Shown: piece after piece, positions 55,751 through 64,000 of the stretch | How the letters are laid out: every line of letters begins with the position of its first letter | How positions within the stretch are numbered: position 1 is the first letter of the stretch | From: Candidatus Uhrbacteria bacterium RIFCSPLOWO2_01_FULL_47_17 | Lineage (GTDB): Bacteria > Patescibacteriota > Patescibacteriia > UBA9934 > GWF2-40-263 | Length of the DNA: 64,000 bases | Reading direction: 5' to 3' | Assembly: GCA_001791305.1 (NCBI GenBank) | Contig: MGEI01000004.1 | Coordinates: 61,101 to 125,100, forward strand | Made by a program: the position numbers and the translations under genes | Notes under the pieces: generated by a model | The model's database searches: none | Told to the model about the DNA's origin: nothing | What the model saw: the letters and a program-made list of their open reading frames with translations, nothing else

Positions 55751-56218
55751 ATGAAACTCAAACTTGGTGATAAGGCTCCGGATTTCTTGTTACCCGATCA
55801 ACTCGGGAAGATGCATTCCCTCAAAGATCAAAAAGGGAAATGGGTGCTTTTGTATTTTTATCCAAAGGACGACACACCAGGATGTACCAAAGAAGCGTGT
55901 TCGATTCGTGATAACTTTCCGAAGTTCAAGAAACTTGGGCTTGTTGTGTTTGGGGCGAGTGTTGATTCCTCGAAAAGCCACGCGAAGTTTGTTCAGAAAT
56001 ATGAACTTCCGTTCACACTTCTCGCTGATGATGACAAGGAACTTGTGAAGGCTTACGGCGTTTGGGGCAAGAAGAAGTTTATGGGTCGCGAATATATGGG
56101 AACCAAACGTTGGTCGTTCCTCATCGATCCAAAAGGCAAGATCATAAAGATTTACGAAGATGTAAAGCCAGAGAAACATGTGGATGAAGTCCTCGCGGAT
56201 TTAAAAGAACTCATGTGA
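55751..56218 (+). CDS. bcp: Thiol peroxidase Bcp (peroxiredoxin)
   Basis: YFYPKDDTPGCTKEACS peroxidatic Cys motif. Confidence 0.85.
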   Translation: MKLKLGDKAPDFLLPDQLGKMHSLKDQKGKWVLLYFYPKDDTPGCTKEACSIRDNFPKFKKLGLVVFGASVDSSKSHAKFVQKYELPFTLLADDDKELVKAYGVWGKKKFMGREYMGTKRWSFLIDPKGKIIKIYEDVKPEKHVDEVLADLKELM

Positions 56219-56224
56219 TATACT
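56216..56224 (+). promoter_or_regulatory. Extended -10 box TGATATACT 9 nt upstream of rplI ATG
   Basis: tgatatact 56216-56224; ATG 56234; no SD. Confidence 0.4.
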
Positions 56225-56233
56225 GACCCTCGT

Positions 56234-56677
56234 ATGAAAGTTATTCTTCTTGAAAACGTTGCGAGTCTTGGTAAACAAGATCAGGTCGTGGAAGTCTCTG
56301 ACGGACACGCCCAGAATTTTTTGTTTCCGCAGAATTTGGCTGTGCCAGCAACGGAAGAGGCGCTTCGAAACATGAAAGAACGCGAGACGATCGCGAAGAA
56401 ACAATCGCAAAAGGCGATCGTGGCCACGGGTAAACTTGCGGAGAAGCTCGATGGTTATGAGATCACGATTGAAGAGAAGGTGAATGAGGACAGTGTACTT
56501 TATGCGGCTGTCACAAAAAAGATGATTGCGAAAGCTTTAAAAAAAGCAGGATTTGATGTCAAAGAAGAAATGGTTGATCTCGCGGAGCCTCTCAAGAGTC
56601 CTGGAACAAAGACGATTACGATCGAACTCCCGCACGATTTTGAAGCAGAAGTTCGTCTCACGATTGAAGGCGTCTAA
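56234..56677 (+). CDS. rplI: 50S ribosomal protein L9
   Basis: MKVILLENVASLGKQDQVVEVSDGHAQNFLFPQNLA…. Confidence 0.85.
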   Translation: MKVILLENVASLGKQDQVVEVSDGHAQNFLFPQNLAVPATEEALRNMKERETIAKKQSQKAIVATGKLAEKLDGYEITIEEKVNEDSVLYAAVTKKMIAKALKKAGFDVKEEMVDLAEPLKSPGTKTITIELPHDFEAEVRLTIEGV

Positions 56678-56876
56678 ATTTAGACAGAGTTTTCAAACTC
56701 TGTTTTTCGTTTGTCTTGCGTTCGTTGGCTCGTTCGGGCCTGTTGTATTTTGTGAATTCACAAGAGCAGTCCGCCCTTCGGCAAGCCACCGCAGACGGGC
56801 TCTCCGCAAGCGATTGTGACTTCACAAAATACAACATGCCCTCACTGTGCCTTAACGAACTCCTAACTTTTCCTCT

Positions 56877-58514
56877 ATGCATAAATTTATTTTCGTTGTT
56901 GGTGGCGTCATGTCTGGCGTTGGAAAAGGCGCGGCGACTGCATCGCTTGGGCGTGTGCTTCAAGAAAAAGGATATAAGGTCACGGCGATTAAAATCGATC
57001 CGTATATTAACGTTGATGCGGGAACCATGAATCCAGTTGAGCACGGCGAGGTGTTTGTGACGGTCGACGGTGACGAGACGGATCAAGACGTTGGAAACTA
57101 CGAGCGTTTTCTCGAAACCTCGATTTTGTCGATCAATTACATGACAACTGGTCGTGTGTATCAGTCCGTCATTCAACGCGAGCGCAATCTTGGTTATGGC
57201 GGTCGAACGGTTCAAGTTGTGCCAGATGTTCCAAATGAAGTGATCGAACGCATTGAGAACGCGACGGAGCGGGCGAACGCAGATTTTACCTTGATCGAGA
57301 TTGGAGGAACTGTCGGTGAGTACGAGAACATTTTGTTTCTTGAAGCAGCTCGACTCATGCGCATGAAGTATCCAGACCAAGTACGAAACATCCTCGTGAG
57401 TTACATGCCAGTGCCTGGATCTCTCGGCGAGATGAAGACAAAACCAACGCAACAAGCGGTTAGAACCATGATGGCGGCCGGGATGTATCCGGATTTTGTG
57501 ATTGCAAGATCCACATTGCAAATCGACGAGCCGCGTAAAAAGAAACTCGCGATGTTCTCAAATGTCCACGCTGAACAAGTCATTGGTTCGCCGGATGTAA
57601 AATCGATCTATGAAATTCCAGTCGTGTTCGAGAAACAACAGTTCGGCGATAAGATTTTGAAATCATTTGGCATGAAAGAATTGCCAGAGAAAAAATTGGT
57701 GAAGTGGAAGAGGCTGCTTGCCTCGATTGTAAACACAAAAGGGGAAGTGAAGATCGGTGTGATCGGCAAGTACTTCTCGACGGGAGACTTCACCCTTTCG
57801 GACGCGTACATCTCCGTCATCGAAGCGATCAAGCATGCGTCGTGGGCGAATGGCCGCACGCCGAAACTTGTTTGGCTGAACTCGGAAGCGTACGAGAAGA
57901 GCCCCGCGAAGTTGAAAGAACTCGATGATCTCGACGGTGTTGTCATTCCTGGAGGATTTGGATCGCGCGGGATTGAGGGAAAGATTAAAGCGATTCGCTA
58001 CTGTCGCGAAAACAAAATTCCGTATCTTGGACTCTGTTATGGAATGCAATGTGCGGTGATCGAGTACGCTCGCAATGTGCTGAAGCTGAAAGATGCGAAT
58101 ACGACGGAGATTAATCCAAAAACAAAACATCCGGTGATTCACTTGTTGCCGGGACAAGAAGAGAAGATGAAAGAGGGAAGTTATGGCGGCACGCTGCGTC
58201 TCGGATCGTATCCGTGTAAGCTCGCCGCAAACACCACAGCGCGAAAAGCCTACGACGAGCCACAAGTCGACGAGCGTCATCGTCATCGCTATGAGTTTAA
58301 CAACGAATATCGCGCCGCGCTCGAAAAGGCCGGGCTTGTGATCTCGGGAGTGAATCCAGAGCAAGATCTCGTCGAGATTGTTGAGCTGAAGAACCATCCG
58401 TTCTTTGTTGGAGTCCAATTCCACCCAGAGTTTCAATCAAGACCGCTCAGTCCACATCCGTTGTTTAAGGCCTTTGTGAAGGCGGCGGTTGGGAAGAAGG
58501 GCAGAAAGGGCTGA
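56877..58514 (+). CDS. pyrG: CTP synthase
   Basis: MHKFIFVVGGVMSGVGKGAATASLGRVL…; GATase domain GLCYGMQ, Cys-His. Confidence 0.95.
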   Translation: MHKFIFVVGGVMSGVGKGAATASLGRVLQEKGYKVTAIKIDPYINVDAGTMNPVEHGEVFVTVDGDETDQDVGNYERFLETSILSINYMTTGRVYQSVIQRERNLGYGGRTVQVVPDVPNEVIERIENATERANADFTLIEIGGTVGEYENILFLEAARLMRMKYPDQVRNILVSYMPVPGSLGEMKTKPTQQAVRTMMAAGMYPDFVIARSTLQIDEPRKKKLAMFSNVHAEQVIGSPDVKSIYEIPVVFEKQQFGDKILKSFGMKELPEKKLVKWKRLLASIVNTKGEVKIGVIGKYFSTGDFTLSDAYISVIEAIKHASWANGRTPKLVWLNSEAYEKSPAKLKELDDLDGVVIPGGFGSRGIEGKIKAIRYCRENKIPYLGLCYGMQCAVIEYARNVLKLKDANTTEINPKTKHPVIHLLPGQEEKMKEGSYGGTLRLGSYPCKLAANTTARKAYDEPQVDERHRHRYEFNNEYRAALEKAGLVISGVNPEQDLVEIVELKNHPFFVGVQFHPEFQSRPLSPHPLFKAFVKAAVGKKGRKG

Positions 58515-58585
58515 GAAGGCGGAAAGGTCGAAAAATAAAAAAGAATCAAAATCGCCATAAAAGTGGCGATTTTTGCTTGGAATCA

Positions 58586-58614
58586 TTGACAAAATGCCCA
58601 ATTTATGGTATATT
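58586..58614 (+). promoter_or_regulatory. Promoter CATTGACAAAATGC-N17-TATATT for GC-rich islet 3
   Basis: TTGACA 58586-58591, TGgTATATT 58606-58614. Confidence 0.55.
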
Positions 58615-58657
58615 GCTCTGTCTCAAATAGGATTTTGTAGATCCGGGAGGTGCCTGA

Positions 58658-59121
58658 TGGAGACACAGGGCGTGAAGGAAGTTCCTTCCAATGATGATGT
58701 GGTAACTCGAATGGCGTTTGCGATGGGCGCGTTTTTCATGACCGCTCTCACGCTTGCGGCTGTCTTTGCCATTTGGAAAATCCACATTGCCACAGACTTT
58801 CGGAATATCGTGGGTGGCGGGATCTTGATTGTCGTTTTTGCGTCGATCATGAGTCGATTTATGTCCAGGCAAACGGATCCGGTTCGTACGGCGTTTATTG
58901 GAAACATCATCATGATGTGGACGTACGCTTCCGTCTTCGACGCATACATCAAGCGAAAGCCCCCAGCAATTTTGGATCTTGCCCTTGCGGTAATAATGGT
59001 CTACCAGATCATCTTGGCGCTTCGCAGTGCGGCTCTCGCGCTGAACTGGACGATCCCGATTCTGTTAGGTCAGCAGCTGGTCCTGGGTGCGAGTCTGTAC
59101 GGCTTGTATCATCTCCTCTAA
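58658..59121 (+). CDS. Polytopic membrane protein (GC-rich islet 3)
   Basis: GGGAGG SD then METQGVKEV…; 4 predicted TM helices; GC ~58%. Confidence 0.4.
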
Positions 59122-59148
59122 ACCCGTCGCATTGCGACAGGAGGTTCC

Positions 59149-59676
59149 ATGGTTTCTTTGCTCGAGATCATCTTTGCGACCGTGACCCTTGTCTGGGCTG
59201 GTCTGCTCGTTTACCGGCAGAACTGGCTGGTTGCTTACAAAGCAGCAGCCTACTTGCTCGGCGCGTTCCTCCTGTTCGCGATGTGGAATCGTCCACTCGC
59301 CGGCCAGTGGGGCATGACGAGCTACGGCCCGTTCATCGTGATTCTCGCGACGATCGGCGTTGCGATCGTGGGCAACTGGGCCTATCGTCGTTGGAGTGCG
59401 GATAATCGTGTGACAATCGCGATCGCGATCATGTCGCTCGGTTTGGTACTGGTGTTCTGGTATCCGTTCTTCGTAGCGGGTCCAAGCTCCATCACCCCGT
59501 CGATCCCGACGGCCCCGACGCCCGTAGCTTCGGCTCCGACTCCGGCGCCCTCAGCCCCTCCTTCGTCTGCTCCAGTTTCCCGTCCGCGTCGTGCACCTCA
59601 GGTGTTCGACCTGTCGGATTGCCCGAACCTGTCGTACGAATGGCAGAAGGACCTCGGATGTCCCCAGGCCAACTAG
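59149..59676 (+). CDS. Polytopic membrane protein with Pro/Ala/Ser-rich C-terminal tail (GC-rich islet 3)
   Basis: GGAGG SD; TM helices then PSIPTAPTPVASAPTPAPSAPPSSAP tail ending CPNLSYEWQKDLGC. Confidence 0.4.
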   Translation: MVSLLEIIFATVTLVWAGLLVYRQNWLVAYKAAAYLLGAFLLFAMWNRPLAGQWGMTSYGPFIVILATIGVAIVGNWAYRRWSADNRVTIAIAIMSLGLVLVFWYPFFVAGPSSITPSIPTAPTPVASAPTPAPSAPPSSAPVSRPRRAPQVFDLSDCPNLSYEWQKDLGCPQAN

Positions 59677-59683
59677 CCTCTTA

Positions 59684-59718
59684 CCCGAGCTTGTTTCACA
59701 AGCTCGGGTATTTTCTTT
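59684..59718 (+). terminator. Rho-independent terminator after islet 3 (CCCGAGCTTG-TTTCAC-AAGCTCGGG + U-run)
   Basis: 10-bp stem then TATTTTCTTT. Confidence 0.6.
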
Positions 59719-59774
59719 GAAAAAAGCTTGAAAAGCTTTAAATGTCAGAAATGGGGATAACGCTCTGAAAATAC

Positions 59775-59803
59775 TTGACGGAAAACCCCTTTTTCTTTAT
59801 ACT
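59775..59803 (+). promoter_or_regulatory. Sigma70-like promoter TTGACG-N17-TATACT upstream of rpmA
   Basis: cttgacggaaaacccctttttctttatact. Confidence 0.55.
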
Positions 59804-59833
59804 TTCGGACGAATCAACTATTTACTATTTTCT

Positions 59834-60115
59834 ATGGCACATAAAAAAGCCGGAGGGTCTACCTCGCTTGGACGCGATTCCGTGTCAAAGCGTCTTGGGG
59901 TAAAGATCTCCGATGGACAAATTATCAAAGCTGGACAGATTCTTGTTCGCCAACGCGGAACAAAAATTCATCCAGGATTGAATGTCAAAAAAGGCAAAGA
60001 TGACACTTTGTATGCGGCAATCGACGGTTTCGTGAAATTCACCCAAAAGAAAATGAAGAATTTTCATGGAGTTCTCGCAACACGCCGTTTCGCAAGCATT
60101 TCAGAAAAAAGATAA
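59834..60115 (+). CDS. rpmA: 50S ribosomal protein L27
   Basis: [24 protein letters not shown]… canonical L27. Confidence 0.9.
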   Translation: MAHKKAGGSTSLGRDSVSKRLGVKISDGQIIKAGQILVRQRGTKIHPGLNVKKGKDDTLYAAIDGFVKFTQKKMKNFHGVLATRRFASISEKR

Positions 60116-60154
60116 CGTGCATTGCACGTTATTTTGTTATATACTATTCCTGAT

Positions 60155-60391
60155 ATGGATCCACAAATGCAAACCAAAATTGAAGAGGTTCTCACCATGA
60201 TTCGCCCAGCACTCCGAATGGACGGAGGTGGAATCGAGCTTGTGGCATATGATGCAGAAAAGGGAATCGTGAGTGTTAAAATGCAAGGTGCGTGCGTTGG
60301 GTGCCCTATGTCTCAAATCACCTTGAAGATGGGGGTGGAGGCTGCACTTCGCGATGCGATCCCATCAATCACGGAAGTTATTTCTGTTTAG
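60155..60391 (+). CDS. NifU-like Fe-S cluster scaffold domain protein (Nfu)
   Basis: IRPALRMDGGGIELV…GACVGCPMSQITLK (CxxC). Confidence 0.7.
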   Translation: MDPQMQTKIEEVLTMIRPALRMDGGGIELVAYDAEKGIVSVKMQGACVGCPMSQITLKMGVEAALRDAIPSITEVISV

Positions 60392-60394
60392 TAC

Positions 60395-60796
60395 ATGAAA
60401 TTTTCAAAACGTCTTCAGTTTTTTTTCACCGATATGCATGAGTGGCTCCGCACCAAAACGGGAGCCTGGTGTTTTGTCTCAGCCCTTTTTTTGTTGGCGC
60501 TTACGGTTGCGCTTCCTATTTGGCGTATCTTGCCCCTTGCAGAATCGCGACCGTTTATTCCGCTTCATTATAATATTTACCTAGGGGTGGATAGACTGGG
60601 TCCTTGGTATCAAATTTTTATTGTCCCCGCACTCGGATTCGGATTGTTTTTGTTTCATCTCGTTTTACAAACGATCGCCTTTCGAAAAGAAAAATTGCTT
60701 GCAACCATGCTTGCGATTGCGATTGTGCTTATCGAAGCCATTTTACTCTTTGCGATGACACTCATTGTTCTTCTCAATTTATCCTATGCCGCTTAA
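60395..60796 (+). CDS. Hypothetical 4-TM membrane protein
   Basis: Hydrophobic ORF between nfu and mraY. Confidence 0.35.
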   Translation: MKFSKRLQFFFTDMHEWLRTKTGAWCFVSALFLLALTVALPIWRILPLAESRPFIPLHYNIYLGVDRLGPWYQIFIVPALGFGLFLFHLVLQTIAFRKEKLLATMLAIAIVLIEAILLFAMTLIVLLNLSYAA

Positions 60797-61841
60797 ATCG
60801 TTTGAACTTGTTCGCATTTTATTTTTGAGCTCGATCGCCTTTTTGTTTGCGTTTGCTTGGGCGCCCTTTCTTGTTCATCAGCTCAAGCAATGGAAAATGG
60901 GAAAGTCGATTCGTGCTGCTGCTGACGCACCAATCTTCGCAATGCTCCACGCAAAAAAACAAGGGACACCAACCATGGGTGGTTTACTCATCTGGGGTAC
61001 CGTTCTCTTTCTCGCGATTTTATTTTCCATGATCGCACCACATGTTCCCGCAAATTCTTTGCTCGGGCACTTGAATTTTCTTTCCAGATCCGAAACGCTC
61101 CTGCCACTTGGCGCGCTTGTTGCCTCCGCAATCGTTGGGCTTTTGGATGATTATTACAACGTGAAGGGGATTGGTCCAAAGGGCGGAGGGCTCCGGATGC
61201 GTCATCGAATGCTCATCTACACCGCGATTGCGGCGGTTGGTGCGTGGTGGTTTCGTATGAAACTTGATTGGGATCTTTTACATGTGCCTTTTTTGGGGGA
61301 TTTCAACATCGGCATGTGGTACGTTCCATTTTTTATCCTCGTGATCGTTGCAACGGCGTTCTCGGTGAATGAAACAGACGGTCTCGATGGCCTCGCAGGA
61401 GGAACACTCATGACATCGTTTGCTGCCTATGCAATCATCTCTTTTTCCCAAGGCAGATACGACCTCGCCATTTTTTGTGGGGTTATCCTCGGTGCCCTCC
61501 TCGCATTCCTTTGGTTCAATATTCACCCAGCAGCATTTTTTATGGGAGACACCGGAGCGATGTCGCTTGGCGTCACGCTCGGTATTGTGGCGATGCTCAC
61601 AAACACAGCGTTCATTTTGCCGGTGATTGGCCTGGTGTTTGTGCTCGAATCATTATCGGTCATCACGCAGTTATCTTGGAAAAGAATTTTTAAACGGAAA
61701 TTATTCCGGTCTGCGCCGTTTCATCATCACCTCGAAGCGATTGATTGGCCCGAACCTCAAATTGTCATGCGCCTCTGGGTTGTGTCGATGGTTTCGGCTG
61801 CGCTCGGGGTTGCGCTGATTCTTCTTGACGCGTTGATGTGA
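60786..61841 (+). CDS. mraY: Phospho-N-acetylmuramoyl-pentapeptide transferase
   Basis: KQGTPTMGG, NETDGLDGLAGG, 10-TM profile; start at MPLKSF. Confidence 0.9.
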   Translation: MPLKSFELVRILFLSSIAFLFAFAWAPFLVHQLKQWKMGKSIRAAADAPIFAMLHAKKQGTPTMGGLLIWGTVLFLAILFSMIAPHVPANSLLGHLNFLSRSETLLPLGALVASAIVGLLDDYYNVKGIGPKGGGLRMRHRMLIYTAIAAVGAWWFRMKLDWDLLHVPFLGDFNIGMWYVPFFILVIVATAFSVNETDGLDGLAGGTLMTSFAAYAIISFSQGRYDLAIFCGVILGALLAFLWFNIHPAAFFMGDTGAMSLGVTLGIVAMLTNTAFILPVIGLVFVLESLSVITQLSWKRIFKRKLFRSAPFHHHLEAIDWPEPQIVMRLWVVSMVSAALGVALILLDALM

Positions 61842-61842
61842 T

Positions 61843-62952
61843 ATGGACACACGCGAACGCGGAACAATGGATTATGGACTCATCGGAATTGTTTCCGTGA
61901 TGATTTTGTTTGGGCTTATCATGCTTCTTTCCGCGTCTTCACCGAACGCTTATAAACAATTTGGAGACAGTTACTACTTTTTAAAACATCAGGTAATTTT
62001 TGGATTGATTCCGGGAATGGCCGGACTCCTCTTTTTTTCACGCATCCCGTATACCTTTTGGAAAAAGCACGCGTGGAATTTACTCCTCGTTTCCATCGGT
62101 CTGCTCCTCTTAGTTTTCATTCCTGGATTCTCTGCTGGATTTGGAACATCACACAGCTGGATTTCAATCGGAGGTTTTTTCTCCATTCAGCCGTCGGAAA
62201 TTGTGAAGCTGACGTTTCTCTTTTACCTTGCAGGTTGGCTTGGTGCGCGTGATGAACGCGGAGTGCGAGACATAAACACGGGACTCGTTCCGTTTTTAGC
62301 CGTGCTTGGAATCATCGCCATTCTCATGATTCTCCAACCAGACACAGGAAGTATGACCATTATTGCCGCGATGTCTCTTGTCGTCTATTTTGTCGCGGGT
62401 GCTCCTGTGAAGTATGTTGCGGGACTTATTGCGGCCGGACTTGCAGGGATTTGGTTTTTGATTACGATTACCCCGTATCGTGCAGCGCGTTTTACAACGT
62501 TTTTACATCCCGAGCTTGATCCGCAGGGAATTGGATATCATATCAACCAAGCGTTGCTCGCGCTTGGATCGGGTGGATTCTTTGGGCTTGGGTATGGCCA
62601 CTCACGACAAAAATTTCAGTACTTACCGGAAGTTGCGGGAGATTCTGTTTTTGCGGTGATTGGAGAAGAGATGGGGTTTGTCATTTCGCTTTTTGTCATC
62701 GGTCTGTTTCTCGTTTTGTTTTGGCGATTGATGGAAATTGCAAAACGCGCGCCAGACAAATTTTCAAAATACGTGTGTGTTGGTGTTGCGGCGTGGATTG
62801 TGATACAAGCATTTGAGAATATCGCCTCGATGGCCGCACTCATGCCCATCACAGGAGTCCCACTCCCGTTTATCAGTTACGGTGGAACATCACTCGCCAT
62901 ATTAATGTGTGCAATTGGGGTGGTGCTGAATATTTCGAAGCACACAAAATAA
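61843..62952 (+). CDS. ftsW: Peptidoglycan glycosyltransferase FtsW/RodA (SEDS family)
   Basis: SEDS motifs (…PSEIVKLTF…, PLPFISYGGTS); mraY-ftsW-murG order. Confidence 0.85.
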   Translation: MDTRERGTMDYGLIGIVSVMILFGLIMLLSASSPNAYKQFGDSYYFLKHQVIFGLIPGMAGLLFFSRIPYTFWKKHAWNLLLVSIGLLLLVFIPGFSAGFGTSHSWISIGGFFSIQPSEIVKLTFLFYLAGWLGARDERGVRDINTGLVPFLAVLGIIAILMILQPDTGSMTIIAAMSLVVYFVAGAPVKYVAGLIAAGLAGIWFLITITPYRAARFTTFLHPELDPQGIGYHINQALLALGSGGFFGLGYGHSRQKFQYLPEVAGDSVFAVIGEEMGFVISLFVIGLFLVLFWRLMEIAKRAPDKFSKYVCVGVAAWIVIQAFENIASMAALMPITGVPLPFISYGGTSLAILMCAIGVVLNISKHTK

Positions 62953-62954
62953 TA

Positions 62955-64000
62955 TGAAAATCCTCTTTGCTGGCGGCGGAACTCTCGGCCCCGTTACCCC
63001 TCTCCTCGCGGTGGCCGAGGCTTGGAAAAAACGCGACGCAAATGTTGAGTTTGTTTGGATTGGGACGAAGAGTGGACCGGAACGGGAGTTTGTGGAAAAA
63101 GAAGGAATTCGATTTTTTTGGATTACCCAAGCGCGTTTGGTACGCTGGCTCAATGGTGAATGGCTTTGGTTTCCGCTCGCGATGCTCTCGGCGTTTTCAC
63201 AAGCGTTTCGAATTTTGCGAAAAGAGAAACCGGATATTATTGCGGCTGCGGGTGGATATACAAGTGTGCCGATCGTCATGGTTGGACGCATCATGGGAAT
63301 TCCGTCATGGATTCATCAATCGGACGTAAAACCGATTTTGACAAACCGAGTCCTCGCGCCATTTGCAACATGTATTACGGTTGCGTGGGAAAAGACGCTT
63401 CATGCATTTCCAAAATCAAAAACAATTCTGATCGGCAACCCCGTTCGAGCATCCGTTCGACAAGGAATCAAAGCGCGTGCGGAAATTATGTTTGGGTGTG
63501 ATACGAGCAAGCCAACGGTATTTGTGTTTGGTGGAGGAACAGGGTCACAATGGATCAACAAGGCGGTCGACGAGATTCAGGACGAGCTGCTCGTAATCGC
63601 GAATGTGATTCATCTGACGGGGAAGGGGAAAATGAATGTAGAATCGTCTGTAGGGGTGCCCCTTGTGGGTACCCACGGCAATGGAAATTATTTTGTGATT
63701 GAATCCATGACGGACGAAATGCCGGATGCGTATGCGGTTGCGGATGTTGTTGTCTCGCGCGCAGGTGCAGGCGCGATTTCGGAACTTGCCGCGATGAGAA
63801 AAGCGTCGATAATAATTCCGCTCCCAAATTCGCCGCAAGTGAATAACGCAGAGGTAATTCGTGAAGCAAGTGTTGTTCTCGAACAGTCGTCGAGCACGCC
63901 ACGAGACGTCTTGAATCAGATTCGTCGATTGCTAAACGACCCCATGAAACGCCTGGCCCTCGGCGAGCGACTGTCGATTACCCTTGAGACGGATTGCGCG
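62955..64000 (+). CDS. murG: Undecaprenyl-PP-MurNAc-pentapeptide GlcNAc transferase MurG (3' end beyond window)
   Basis: MKILFAGGGTLGPVTPLLAVAEAW…; C-domain SRAGAGAISE; contains in-frame copy of the 22-nt repeat. Confidence 0.85.
63654..63675. repeat. Second copy of 22-nt exact repeat GGGTGCCCCTTGTGGGTACCCA, in-frame inside a variable loop of murG (encodes …GVPLVGTHG…)
   Basis: Identical to 11898-11919. Confidence 0.7.

Overview
This 64-kb window is from a low-GC (~45%) bacterial chromosome with the look of a small-genome, CPR/Patescibacteria-like organism. It is dense with short housekeeping genes and shows a TrmB regulator, an RRM protein, a homodimeric-type GlyRS and weak or absent Shine-Dalgarno (SD) sequences. 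Recognisable content: holB, frr, glyQS, an M16 peptidase, tpiA, a tRNA-Thr/Tyr/Thr cluster followed by rpmG, tRNA-Trp, recQ, rlmN, typA, minus-strand tRNA-Lys/tRNA-Thr, tdk, an icd-like dehydrogenase, glycerate kinase, pgi, bcp, rplI, pyrG, rpmA, nfu and mraY-ftsW-murG. There is a ~15-kb ABC-transporter-dependent polysaccharide locus (WbaP-like transferase, gmd, DegT aminotransferase, fcl, wzm/wzt, GT2/GT4/GT10/CgeB-like transferases). Accessory content stands out in three places. First, a tightly coupled three-gene operon (23.1-26.4 kb) encodes a Hanks-type Ser/Thr kinase, a vWA (MIDAS) protein and a minimal pyruvate-kinase-like enzyme; it resembles a TerY-P (vWA-kinase-phosphatase) triad with the PP2C slot taken by a PK-fold phosphotransferase. 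Second, a ~4.7-kb GC-rich (60-68%) island (1.3-6.0 kb) carries small SD-led ORFs all on one strand, a duplicated ~130-nt leader element and a host-type promoter reading into it; two smaller GC-rich islets (33.3-34.0 kb and 58.6-59.7 kb) have the same signature. Third, a RelE/ParE-type TA pair plus an MltB-like lytic transglycosylase is inserted between rpmG and tRNA-Trp. Several repeat families are visible: ~130-bp purine-tract inverted-repeat elements (4 copies), a GGCTTCAGCC palindromic motif cluster, a 22-nt exact repeat that occurs once intergenically and once in-frame inside murG, a conserved TTGACAAAAT promoter box, and extended -10 boxes 6-10 nt upstream of ATG suggesting leaderless mRNAs. 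No CRISPR array, rRNA or integrase was seen. All calls are from manual reading; nothing was searched against databases.
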